NCBI GenBank assembly: GCA_030295235.1
Contig: AP026128.1
Location: 62,001 to 126,000 of the forward strand
Source: Fistulifera solaris
Taxonomy: Eukaryota
Direction of reading: 5' to 3'
DNA length: 64,000 nt
Shown one piece after another: positions 25,185 through 36,432 of this stretch; the stretch's first letter is position 1; each line of letters starts with the position of its first letter. A program made the position numbers and the translations under genes. The notes under the pieces were generated by a model, which saw nothing but the letters and a program-made list of their open reading frames with translations, ran no database searches and was not told the origin of the DNA.

Positions 25185-25444
25185 GGTTCGAACCCTGGCG
25201 GAGTGAGTTTGTTGCCGACTCCTGTGAAGCCGGGAGGATAAAAGAACAGGGCTTGAAGCGGTCTCAAGCGAGGAGGCTGAAGGGCAAAACAGTACGATCA
25301 TGATAGTATAAGGCCAGGGAGGATGTCAGATTGAGGGTCTGGACGTCAATCAGAGTGGCTTATATATCATGGATCGGGGTAGAAATACGACGTGATTGGG
25401 TTGGCTCTGTGGTTCGATTCCACAGTACGTTAGTATTTTCATCA
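25184..25444 (+). mobile_element. Non-autonomous mini LTR element (TRIM-like, element B) lacking its 5' LTR: palindromic PBS, about 115-bp structured spacer, PPT and 121-bp LTR (25324-25444)
   Basis: GGGTTCGAACCC-TGGCG at 25184-25200; CAGGGAGGA|TGTCA at 25315-25328, identical to the PPT/LTR junction of element A; ends TTTCATCA (element A: TTTCAACA); followed by the target-site duplication. Confidence 0.75.
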
Positions 25445-25450
25445 GCGCAC
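25445..25450. repeat. Target-site duplication GCGCAC (partner copy at 19658-19663)
   Basis: GCGCAC|TGTTGAAA on the left and TTTCATCA|GCGCAC on the right. The reconstructed empty site is a (CGCGCAC)3 tract. Confidence 0.75.
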
Positions 25451-25744
25451 CGCGCACCGCGCACCGCAAAAAAAATCCTGCTATGTGCTATGTGAGGGCG
25501 AAACATCAACTGTCGTACCAGTACTCAAAATTATTCGCCTTTCGCCTTTATCGTCTTCGCGCCGTCTCCCTCCGTCGCCACTTTACAACCCATTCCCGTT
25601 CGTGACTGACGACACCTTTATTGCTTGTTGATCCTCTATTGTATACTACGGAGTAGCATTTTTCTTCGTCTTCTATCTCCTAGTTGTTACTGTATTACTT
25701 TGTCGGGGACAGAGAATTGGCTTAAAGAGAAGGAAGTTCCCAGG

Positions 25745-27655
25745 ATGTTGAAGCTGCGCGTGCTCTTCTTCTACTATTGCATACGAACGGCACGTCCATT
25801 TTCGGGTGTATCGCTGACACGTCGTGTCTCCCAATTGACACCACCCGATGTATCTTTTCCAAAATCAGAAGAACGAATTGAAAGAGCACCGCGGATCATT
25901 ATAGTTGGTGGAGGTGTCGGTGGATTGGCCATTGCTTGTAGGATCGCGTTTCGGCATCCCCAAAGTCAAGTGATTTTGTTGGAAAAGAATGCGGAAGTCG
26001 GAGGACGGATGGGATCCTTTGATGTGCAAGTAGATGGTGTTGGAATCTTTCGACACGAGCGTGGCCCGAGTCTTCTTCTGTTACCGCATGTTTATCGTGC
26101 GCTATTTGATGACCTTCAACAAGGGTCTGCCGAAGACTATGGAATCACAATGAAACGATGTAGCCCCGCCTATCAAGTTGTTTTTGATGATGGTGACAGA
26201 ATCAATGTGGGATTTGATCGATCGGATCCTAAATCGATAGAATTAGAAAAGGAATCGCGGAAAACGATGGATACATTCGAATCAAATGGCTCCACAAAAT
26301 GGGACGAATACATGGATATATGCGAAGCATACCTGGACTGTGGATTGCCCAATTTTATCGAAGAACGCCTTGACCTGCCGAGTTTTCCCAAATTTCTGTC
26401 AGCTGCGCTAGGCGACTTTGGTAAAGCGTGGCCTTTGAAGCCACATTCGGATGTGTTGGATGATATTTTTTCTTCCGAAAAGATGAAAGCACTGGCTTCG
26501 TTTCAGGATCTGTATGTGGGACTGGAGCCTTTTGCTAACCAAAATTTGCCTTTCGGTGGTGTTCTGGATACAACAGCCCCCGCCGTTTTCGGATTACTTT
26601 CCGCTATCGAATTGCATCCTACCAACAACAAATGCGGAGTATTTGCTCCAATCGGAGGATTTCGTGCCGTAACGAATGGGATGGAGTCTCTCGCGCGAGA
26701 CTTGGGGGTAGTGGTAAAAACCGGAACAACCGTTACAAAAGTAATTTCGGAAGGCGTTTATTGTTGTGAAACGTCCAACACTGATAAGAAATGGTTTGAA
26801 GCGGCTGATTATACTGTGGTAAACGCCGATCTTCCGTATGCGAAAAAGACTATATTAGACGACAATCAACAAGTTGACGAAGGACCTACGTATGATTGGG
26901 ACGATTCTTATCGATTTAGTTGCGGAGTTATTGCGTTCCACTGGTCTTTTACAAAAACATTGGACGATTTGAATACTCATAACGTTTTCATGTCAGTTAA
27001 AAGCAGAAACGCAGCAGAGAAAAGCTGGGAGGTGATTCGAGGAAACAACAAAGAGAAGCTTTTTAAGTGGGATATGAATTTGCCATTCAACTTCTACGTT
27101 CACCGCGCCAGTCTAGCAGACCCCTCGGCGGCTCCAAAGGTAAGTATTCGGCTTATTACGTGTAATTGCTATGACTCTATGAGCGACTAAAGGTATATTT
27201 TGAAGGGCGCGGACTCGATTCTTGTCCTCGTTCCTTGCCCTGCGCTTGATCGTTTGACTGACGTGAAGTCGATGAACAGAGAAGAAGTTGTTCAAGCTTA
27301 CAATAACCAATTTGATGACAAGTTGATCACATGCGTACGGCAGTCTGTGTTGCAAAGACTGGCTGTCATTGACTCCCTGAAAGATATTCAACAACATCTG
27401 ATACATGAGGTTGTCGATACACCTGCTTCCTACGCTGATAAATACAATGTCGGAGCTGGAACTCCTTTCGCTTTAAGTCATGGATTTGGTCAATTGAGCA
27501 TTACGCGACCGGGTCCGCTTTCTTCCGGTATTCCGAATGTATGCTTTTGCGGTGCCAGCAGCCGTCCTGGCAATGGGGTGCCCCTAGTTCTCATAGGCGC
27601 CAAGCTTGTTGCCGAGAAGGTCGCCAACACAATTTCATTGACGGCCAATGATTAG
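25745..27655 (+). CDS. CrtI-family phytoene desaturase-like FAD oxidoreductase; intron 27140-27205
   Basis: IIIVGGGVGGL Rossmann motif, LEKNAEVGGR, RHERGPSLLL, C-terminal FCGASSRPGNGVPLVLIGAKLVAE. Confidence 0.85.
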
Positions 27656-28316
27656 ACAACAAAGCACCAGATATGATAAAACTGAAGGATTTCTGTTCGG
27701 GTCTATACAAGGCAAAAAGGTGCTTCAAAGAATAACCCTTGCTATGTTTTTCCCCTGGAAAGTGCAAGTGAATGCATCCAAAATATGACAAGATGAGTCA
27801 TTCAGAAGTTTCAAACACCTGGTAGCCTGTGCATTGCACTCGCCTCTTGAAATCGAAAGGTGCTTTACGGAAAGACTCTATGCTGGGGATCGATCAAAGA
27901 AGAGCAACAAGTTATCGATTGAAATAAACAAGAAACGGAGCCGAATATTTTTCTATGGAATTCTAAGGGCCTTCGTATTTCTTTGAAACATCCAAACGAT
28001 GTCGGTAGGTCATTTTTCAAGCGTCAAATATACCTCTTGGTTTATGCATTAAAGACGATTGCGCCAACTTATCAACTTTTCTCCTTAGTTTTTTTTTACG
28101 GTATCTTTACGTTTCGTACTAGGTTTTCTTATTACCGGTACGTCGACAATTACGTCACTATTTGCGCGCAACGATATTACCCCGGAGTATAGTTTTTGCA
28201 AAAAGAGAACGACAAACCCCTCGCTTTTTTCCCGTTGCTGCTATTACTCATTATAACTATCTGCCTTCGTCTCTTTCACTGTCTCTCCCCAATTCCTTGC
28301 TTTATCGTGTCGAATA

Positions 28317-28946
28317 ATGATTCTCCCTAGCGCTGTACGCGGATCGAGCAAAAGCTCAGTCTTATTGTCGAGACTAACAACGACAGGTCGAAAGCAAGTG
28401 ACCTCATCCAGAAGCATGCTTTCTTTCGTTCGACCAACTTCACTCGCGTCTGCTCGCATCGCCCCATCACAATTCAAATCAGGCACTTTCATTCAAAATA
28501 ACCAAATTCGATTGTTCGAGACCGAAGCAGAATTTCACAATGTGGCAGATGAGGCCTTGGAAACCATTCAAGATACGGTCGACGAGATGCTCGAACCACA
28601 AAGCATTGACTACGAGATTAATCTAGCCAGCGGCGTCCTGACGCTCAAGATGAGACCCCACGGGACATGGGTTTTAAATAAACAGACTCCTAACCGTCAA
28701 ATTTGGGTAAGATGCAGGATGCTCATTTGTCAAAAAAAATGTTCCTTATATTTTGGAAGTTCTAACCGAAATTATGTTCTCCCCATGTAGTGGTCTAGTC
28801 CGTTATCGGGTCCCAAACGGTTTGAGTTTGATCCAAAAGACAAACTATGGTTTTCTACGAAAGATGGACTCAATTTGGGGCGTACCTTGATGCAGGAAAT
28901 CCATCACGTATACCCCGAAGTCACCGATAATGACTTGGAGCTGTAA
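28317..28946 (+). CDS. FXN: Frataxin (mitochondrial); intron 28707-28790
   Basis: GVLTL...GTWVLNKQTPNRQIW|WSSPLSGPKRF after splicing; N-terminal presequence. Confidence 0.93.
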
Positions 28947-29019
28947 GAGATTGACGCTACCTTTTGCGAAAGTGAGATGTAAGAATTTAAAATTATTTCT
29001 CCGTATATTGGAAGCAACT

Positions 29020-31677
29020 TTAGTCGTCTAGCAAGTCATCAAGATCGTCGTCGCCCCAATCATCATTAAAGTCATTAGCGTCTGCCGTCAACTGCGTTGC
29101 ACTCGGTTGCGTCTTCGCTGTCGTCAGTGGACGAGCGGTAGGCTTTCCAAACGAAGGCTTGGCGGCGAGATCAAATTCGGCGAAGAAATCGTCAGCTTTC
29201 GGTTTTGTGGCAATGGGCAGTTTAGTAGCGGTAGGCTTCGGAGCGCCAAGCTTTGTTATCACTGGTGCTGACATCGGAGACGGCGCAAGTGCTCCCTGGG
29301 GTTGATCCAAGTGATTATTGCGATGGTGCAGAGCGGTGTTGTGCGCCGCCCCGCCTTGCCAGGACGGCCCTCCATGACTTGCACCATGTAAATTCAGGCC
29401 GGGTCGAGAAGCCACCGGCTGAGGGGATGAAATGTCCTGTTTGTCTTTTGAACTACTTCTTCTTATTAGTTGTTTTTTCTGTGACGGAGGAGTCTTCGAT
29501 CTAGGCTTTCCAAAGCTTGTCCCGGCCACACGATGGGTATTCTCGGGTTCTTGTGCAAGCTCAACATCGCCTTCACCTTCGTCCCAATCCCAGTCATCGG
29601 CATCGCTTTCTGCCTCATTAGTTGACCTGAAAGTAGTAACGCAATAAAATATCTGAGTACTTGGATTATGAGGACACAGCATGCTTATGTCACCCACTTT
29701 TAACTTACACCCCTTCGTATACAGCAGATTTGTGAAAACGTCTATTCGAAAGATCCCCGATGTGTGAAACCCCCACCCTGGCTTTTCTCTGGTAGTAGCA
29801 ATACGCAGCCATGATGAAGAACAAGACAAAGGAAACGGTCGGCATGAAACCGAAACCGTCATTCTCATCGGTTTCAACGCACATATCATCAGGCCTTTCT
29901 TCTTCGTTTACCTCAAAGCACTTTCCCGTATGCCAAATACATGCTTTGCCAGCTTCGTTCGGATTTCCTAACTTGCAGCTATCACAGGTTGTAAAAGACT
30001 CACAAAGATCTGGTTTGGCGCACATTGCCTTGGGCTTCTCGTCCGCTTCTTTTTTCAAACAAGTAGAGCCATTCCACACACAGGCTTTGTCGTCCTCTCC
30101 GGCGTCCATATCATTACACTCATCGCAATCTTCAGCATCCTTACAAGGATCAGGATTGTCACACATGGCCTGGGGCTTCTCAGACGCGTCTTTTCTCAGA
30201 CAACTGAAGCCATCCCATACACAAGCTTTGCCGGCCTCGTCTGCACTCGTGTCATCGCACTCATCGCAATCATCAGCATCTTTGCAAGGGTCGGGCTTGT
30301 CACACATAGCTTTAGGCTTTTCATCAGCGTCTTTTTTCGAACAACTAGAGCCATCCCACACACACGCTTTGTCAGGCTCCTCCACACTCATGTCATCGCA
30401 TTCAGCGCAATCATCTGCTTCCTTGCAAGGATCAGGCTTGTCGCACATGGCTTTCGGTTTCTCATCCGCGTCTTTTTTCGAACAAGTAGAACCGTCCCAA
30501 ACACAACCTTTGTCAGGCTCGTCGACATGCGTATCATTACACTCGTCACAATCATCAGCGTCCTTGCAAGGATCAGGCATGTCACACATAGCACTGGGTT
30601 TCTCATCCGCGTCTTTCATTTCACATTTGCTTCCATCCCACACACAAGCTTTGTCATCCTGGTCCGCACTCGTATCATTGCACTCATCACAATCATCAGC
30701 TTTGAAGCAGGGATCCGGTTTTTCACACATTGCTTTGGGTTTCTCATCAGCGTCTTTTTTCGAACAACTAGCAACGTCCCAAACACAAGCTTTATCAGGC
30801 TCATCGACATTCGTGTCATTGCACTCGTCACAGTCAGTAGCATCCTGACAAGGATCCGGTTTGTCACACATTGCTTTTGGTTTCTCGGCGGCGTCGCTCT
30901 TCTTGCATTCCGCACCGGACCACACACACGCTTTGCCATCTTCCAGGGCATCCGTGTCATTACAGGCGTCACAATCATCCGCCTTAGTACAAGGATCCTT
31001 TTGTTACACATATCATCCGGCTTTTTGGAAGCTCTTCCCTTTGTACACGCACTGCCATCCCATAAGCACGCCTTTCCCTCTTCTACTTGGGCATCATTGC
31101 ACGTATCGCAGTCTTTTGCTTTCGGACACGGATCCTCTTTGACATTACACATTTCGATTGTCATTTTACTGTCTCCTTGAACACACGTATTATTTTTCCA
31201 TTGACAAAACGGATGATCCCCATCGGACGTTGCGTCCACGCATTCTCCACAAGTCGTGGCATCCGCGCACTGGACCGCTTTGCCCTCCTCGGTGGGGACG
31301 GCCACCGGCTTATCTTTTGGACCTGCCTCGACAGTCGGTTCGATATCCTTGACCGGAGCCGCCACCGGAGCTGCGGTCGACACGGGTGTATCGCATACTG
31401 GTTCTATGTCAGACTTCTCCGCCATCGCGCAAGCCCCGTCGGACCACCGACATGCTTTTCCTTGTATTTGCGGGTCCGTGGCTTGACATTCCTCACACGA
31501 GACCAAAGTGTGACAAGGATCGTCTTGCTGCTGATTGCCCGTGACATTCGCCTCGGGTTCTTTCAAATGCCGTATTTCAGATTTTTTGGTGAAAGATCCG
31601 TCGGATGACACCAGCACAACGAGAATGGAAATAAGAATCAGCGATAACGGACGTCGCCGTGTGATTCGATGTGTCAT
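29020..31677 (-). CDS. Type-I membrane protein with about 11 Cys-rich PSI-like repeats (47-aa unit); frameshift near 31000, intron about 29627-29708
   Basis: Hydrophobic N-terminus; tandem DPC...C..C...KACVWDG..C...MC units with a 141-bp period; TM segment VSFVLFFIMAAYCYY; acidic/Pro-rich cytosolic tail ending DDWGDDDLDDLLDD. Confidence 0.85.
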
Positions 31678-32196
31678 TTTTAAACCGTTTCAACACTTGG
31701 ATGTCGCCTTGCGCGCGATTGCGACAATTTGATTATTATTAATGAGTTATCTCTCGTAATAAGCAATAAGCGCCTATTCTTCCTGTCGTTGGGGGATCGA
31801 CGTTGTAAAAAGTAATTATCTTGATTCATTCATTCATTCATTTGCCATCCCATCTGTTTGTTTCGTGCTTCGTCGATTTTTTGTTCGATCTTTCCGCATC
31901 GGAACGGCACCAATACGGTACCCAGGCATCGTAATGTAAAAGGTAAAAGATCGCAGCAGTACTAGTTTCATGGCTTAGAAACTAAATGTCGTACCAGTAT
32001 CCGTAGCCGCTATTTTGTGTTTGTTATGACGTTTTGTGCTACGATAGTCCCTTGAAAGGGTCATTTTGGGAATGGAAAAACGAACCGCAAAACAAAAACA
32101 CGGCGGACGGCGATGAAATTTGGTGCTGGGTGTTACTTTACAAGAACTACTTGCGTATTCTCTCCCTTATTTTGGCTATCACTCATTATTCATAAA

Positions 32197-33209
32197 ATGG
32201 TTCGACAGAGCAGTGTTGGAGGCAATTCATCCTCGTCGGGAAGGTATGTGTGTGCCTGTTTTCGTCGCTCTGTTTTCTCTAATAGTGCTTGCCTCTGACC
32301 TTTTTTTTAATACAAAGCGGCCGTCGATGTGTACTCATTGCTGTCATTATTATGGTGATTCTCTTTATGCTACCGGGAGGAGGACCGAGTGTCGATGACA
32401 ATATACGATCGGGTCAAGCGCAACATGATTCGACCGTTCATGAGAAACCCAGCAATAACAACTATGCCGACAACACGGACGACAACATGGATGTTACAGA
32501 TATCGAAGCCGAAATGGATGTCGTACGGGAGGATTTAGAACAAGCGCAGCAACAGGAACTCGCCAAAACGAAATCCGCTCTATCGGCCGCCATTGATGTC
32601 ACGAGTTCGTATGTCAAAAGTGCCTTTTCGAAATTATTGGCCAAGACGGATATTTCGGAAGAAGAAATTCAACAAATGGTAGCGGAGGTCGAAAGTAAGC
32701 TCGAACAGGAGACGATTGAGAAACTAGAAGAAGATGCGGAGGAAATGGTCGAGACGTATGAGGACAATATTGAACAGGAGGCGTTTGATGAAAGTGATTC
32801 GGGTGTCGCGGTGGACGAGATCCGCATAGATATCGAAGCCAACGAGGAAACAGCCATTCGTGAAATGAATCAACAATTAGAAAAGGAGGCAGAAGCTATG
32901 AAAAAGATGATGCGGAAGAAAGCGGAAGAATTTGAGATTGAAATTTTGGAAAAGCGATTGGAGGAAAAGCTTCACAAAAAGATTAAGCTTGTCGTATTGG
33001 ATGACGAGATAGCGGATGTGGAGCACATGCTGGATGGTCTATCTGTTTTGAAGGGTGAACGTGACCCTACAAGTAGTTCATACGGAAAAGCTCCGGTAGA
33101 CTCGCCCCCTGACGACGATGGAGTCGCCGGTAGTGATGATACAGTTGGTGGGGAACCGCCGAGCAACGATGACGATAACACGTCAACGAATGATGATGAC
33201 GCAAATTAA
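32197..33209 (+). CDS. Type-II membrane-anchored acidic coiled-coil protein; intron about 32244-32317
   Basis: Exon 1 MVRQSSVGGNSSSSGR, then TM segment VLIAVIIMVILFML and an E/K-rich helical region. Confidence 0.7.
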
Positions 33210-33289
33210 ACCCTTCGAAAATTTCCGTTCTTTTCACTGCTGAATGAAGTAATAGTAGGTAATGCACAATATATGATATAGGGATTCGA

Positions 33290-33933
33290 TTACGAAAATT
33301 TAATTCCGTCTTCTTCGGATGTGTCACCTTTGAAAATGGTACACTTCCCACTCTTTTCCAAGATCGCCAGCGCGCGACGCAGCAGCTCTTCATCCACGCC
33401 TTGAAAGGACAATCCATGAACATCTTCACCGGAATGCAGCTCATATACGGTACAAACGGATCCAATATGACCACTCTGTTCCGCCCAATGATATATATCC
33501 GCCGCCAATTGTTCCGGTTTCCTCCACATAATGCGACACCGTGTTTTGTTCCCATCTTCCCATTCTCCGTGACCGTGCTTTACAAAATCTTCCATGACTT
33601 GCATCACTTCCTCCGGATATCGCAATTGTCGATGAATGGCATCGTTTTTCCAGAGCGGGCAATCGTGTACGACCAGCGTTTTAATTTTATGTTCGGCGTG
33701 ATATCGGAGAATCAGTTCACGCCACAGCGCTAATTGTTTCTCTCGACTGGAAAGAACCGGTTGTATCGTAAAGAATGGTGGGAAACTGTAGAATTCGGGG
33801 TACTTTAGAGCGCAACAAGAAGGGAAATCGATGGCAAAAGGGCGATCGATGCGAGAGTGAGTAACGTTTGCAAGACATCGCTACAGCGAATTTTGACGGT
33901 AATCTCTCTGTCGCTCACCTCAAAATTGGACAT
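33290..33933 (-). CDS. VPS25: ESCRT-II subunit VPS25; short first exon MSNFE
   Basis: YPEFYSFPPFFTIQP, SVCTVYELHSG, LRRALAILEKSGK, C-terminal GIKF. Confidence 0.92.
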
Positions 33934-34470
33934 GCTTTTTATGTGTCTGTGTTCTCGTCTTGTCAAAGTCTTATCTACAATATTGCTCTTTATCGCCGCT
34001 TTTTTCTTGCCTTTGATTTTATTTGTTTCATCGATCGCTCGCGATCTATCATCATTCATCATTCATCATGGCATTTTTGCGTATACGTAGTAAGCTCATT
34101 ACGCATGCCGGTGAGATAGGTACAGATTTTAGGAATAGATCAAAAACGAGATTCGCATCCGTTGCTGAGCTACTATGGTTGAAATTGTACTGGGTGCGCG
34201 GTCTGTCGTCTGACGGATAAAATACGAATGAGGCGCATTATACGATGATGTATTAAAAGAGCATTTTGCATTGCATTGCATTGATTCATAACAAAAGACA
34301 ATAAAAAACCAAAAACGAAGCTTTATACCCAGCGTGCCTTCTTTAGCAGTGGCAACTTTGAATCATTCTTAACAATCAAATACGATCTGCAGCGTACTTG
34401 TACCCAAAAAATGAAAGCATCCTTTCCCCTCTTTTCCCCCGCATCGTCGTCGCTATCACCGTCCGCCCAC

Positions 34471-36326
34471 ATGGAGCTCGAAGTACCGTGGACGCCGCAA
34501 CACGTTCTTGCCGATTTACAAAAGGCCTGTCGTATTCTGACCGAACGTGGTTCAAATTGTTCGCCCGGTGGGCGGCCGAGCAAATGATGGGACTTAACGT
34601 CGATATCGATGAGTCGGTGTCATCGACCATTCCGGATCATTTGTTATTCCATGATACGGATCCGGCGGCTTACTATGCTCGAACACTACTGGAGCTGGGT
34701 GAATATGCTCACGCCGCGGCGGTCTTGAGTGATATCCCCATTGCCAAGGCGGCGTCCGTGGAAACGATGCCTCCTCCGGCACCAGATCTGTCGCCGTTTT
34801 CCTTTTACCTTCGTGCGTTTGCCCTGTACATGGCGGGGGAACGACGAAGAGAAGAAGAAGCGATTGATTCTTCTACAACCAAATCAAAAGCATTGCAGAA
34901 TCCGTACGAGCAACAACTGGTACACGAACTTCAGGACGCGTACGAGGCGGACAAGCTCGATGCGTTTGGCTTGCACGTGTACGGCATGGTCTTAAAGTCG
35001 CACAAAAGGGCAACACTACCGCGTCATTACCCTTCGCCTCAAACAGTCTTACTGCAATCGGTCCTCGAGTTTCCCTACAATTGGAGTGCTTGGCTCGATT
35101 TGGCCGAGGTGTCGTTAGAAAACAGTGAAGTCGAACGTGAAATCGAAGACGCTGTTCAGCCTCTCGCGGAAAACTTTATGTTTCACTTCTTTTGTGCACA
35201 CCTGCAATCCGAACATCAGGCTCATGCGGAGGCATTGCAAATTTACGAACGATGGATGGATCCAGGTCTTTTGGGTGGATCGCCGTATCTGGCGACACAA
35301 ACGGCAGTGGTGCATTACCATTTGCGAAATTATGCGACCGCGAAGCGGTTGCTGGAAGATTTGCACAACGCCATGCCGTATCGCTTGGACTCGATGGATG
35401 TGTTGTCTAATATCTTGTACGTACAAGAAGACTCGGTTGCATTAGGGCAACTGGCCCATTCGGCAGTTATGGTGGACAAATATCGAGCCGAGACGTGTTG
35501 TATCATCGGTAACTTTTATTCGCTCAAACAAAACCGTGCGAAAGCTATTCAGTACTTTCAACGTGCACTGAAGATGGATCGTACGTTTGCTTCGGCATGG
35601 ACTTTAATGGGACACGAGTACGTGGAATGGAAGCAAACCGCCAATGCGATGGAGGCGTATCGACAAGCCGTGCAAGCCAATCCAAGTGATTTTCGTGCCT
35701 GGTATGGTTTGGGGCAAACGTATGAAATGCTGGAAATGAATTTGTATGCTCTGTATTATTACAAGCATGCAGCTCAGCTCCGACCCTTCGACGCCCGCAT
35801 GTGGACCGCAGTTGGCAACTCCTATGCGCATTTGAAACGTCGCGATGACGCTATCCGTGCCTACGAACGAGCCTTGCAACATGATGATCAGGAAGGTATT
35901 GCGACGCAGAAGCTGGCCGCCTTGTACCGTGCAAAGGGAGACACGGAGAAAGCCGCCAAGTGTTATTTGCAGCATTTAAAGAATCGTTTTCACGTTACAA
36001 TCAGCGCAAAGACTTCGCACCGGTCAACCTCCTTTCGTCTGGACGCCTTGACATTGCAGGGCCTCATCGTGGAGCCTCCCGAAGCAGAAGCACTTCTTTA
36101 CTTGTCTACTTACTACCGCAATCACGGTGAATTTGACAAAGCAGCTGTCACAGCGTCACGACTTCTGGAATACCCTGGTCCCGAAAAAGAAGAAGCCAAG
36201 GCATTGCTGCGAGAAATCCGATCGCGCAATGCCAGTCGGTCGGGTGTCAGTACCCGATCTCGTACGAAAATGGAGGAAGAGACTGCACGAGCTAATTCAG
36301 ATGACGACTTTACGTTTGTGCCGTAA
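34471..36326 (+). CDS. CDC23: Anaphase-promoting complex subunit 8 (TPR protein); frameshift near 34550
   Basis: ERG/FKLFARWAAEQ, FPYNWSAW, DKYRAETCCIIGNFYSL, AWTLMGHEYVE, DFRAWYGLGQTYE. Confidence 0.93.
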
Positions 36327-36432
36327 CCAGCAGATTAATGCGATCGATTTTTTCATTAAAATTATTATTGTGGCTTCGTTATGATTGACTGATGTGGTGG
36401 TGTACGCCGTGTGCTTCCTTGCCCAAAAGAGA

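Noticed and set aside
25185..25204. tRNA 3' half (GGTTCGAACCCTGGCGGAGTGA)
   Set aside because: The 5' T-stem strand and the rest of a cloverleaf are absent. The sequence is better explained as palindrome + TGGCG, paralleling element A. A tRNA origin is not fully excluded.
25350..25432. tRNA or tRNA-Sec gene suggested by the GTGGTTCGATTCCAC T-arm
   Set aside because: I could not build an acceptor stem, D-arm or anticodon arm around it. The hairpin lies within the putative LTR of element B.
29950..31000. CRISPR-like regularly spaced repeats
   Set aside because: The units are contiguous 141-bp coding repeats without unique spacers, there are no cas genes, and the context is eukaryotic.
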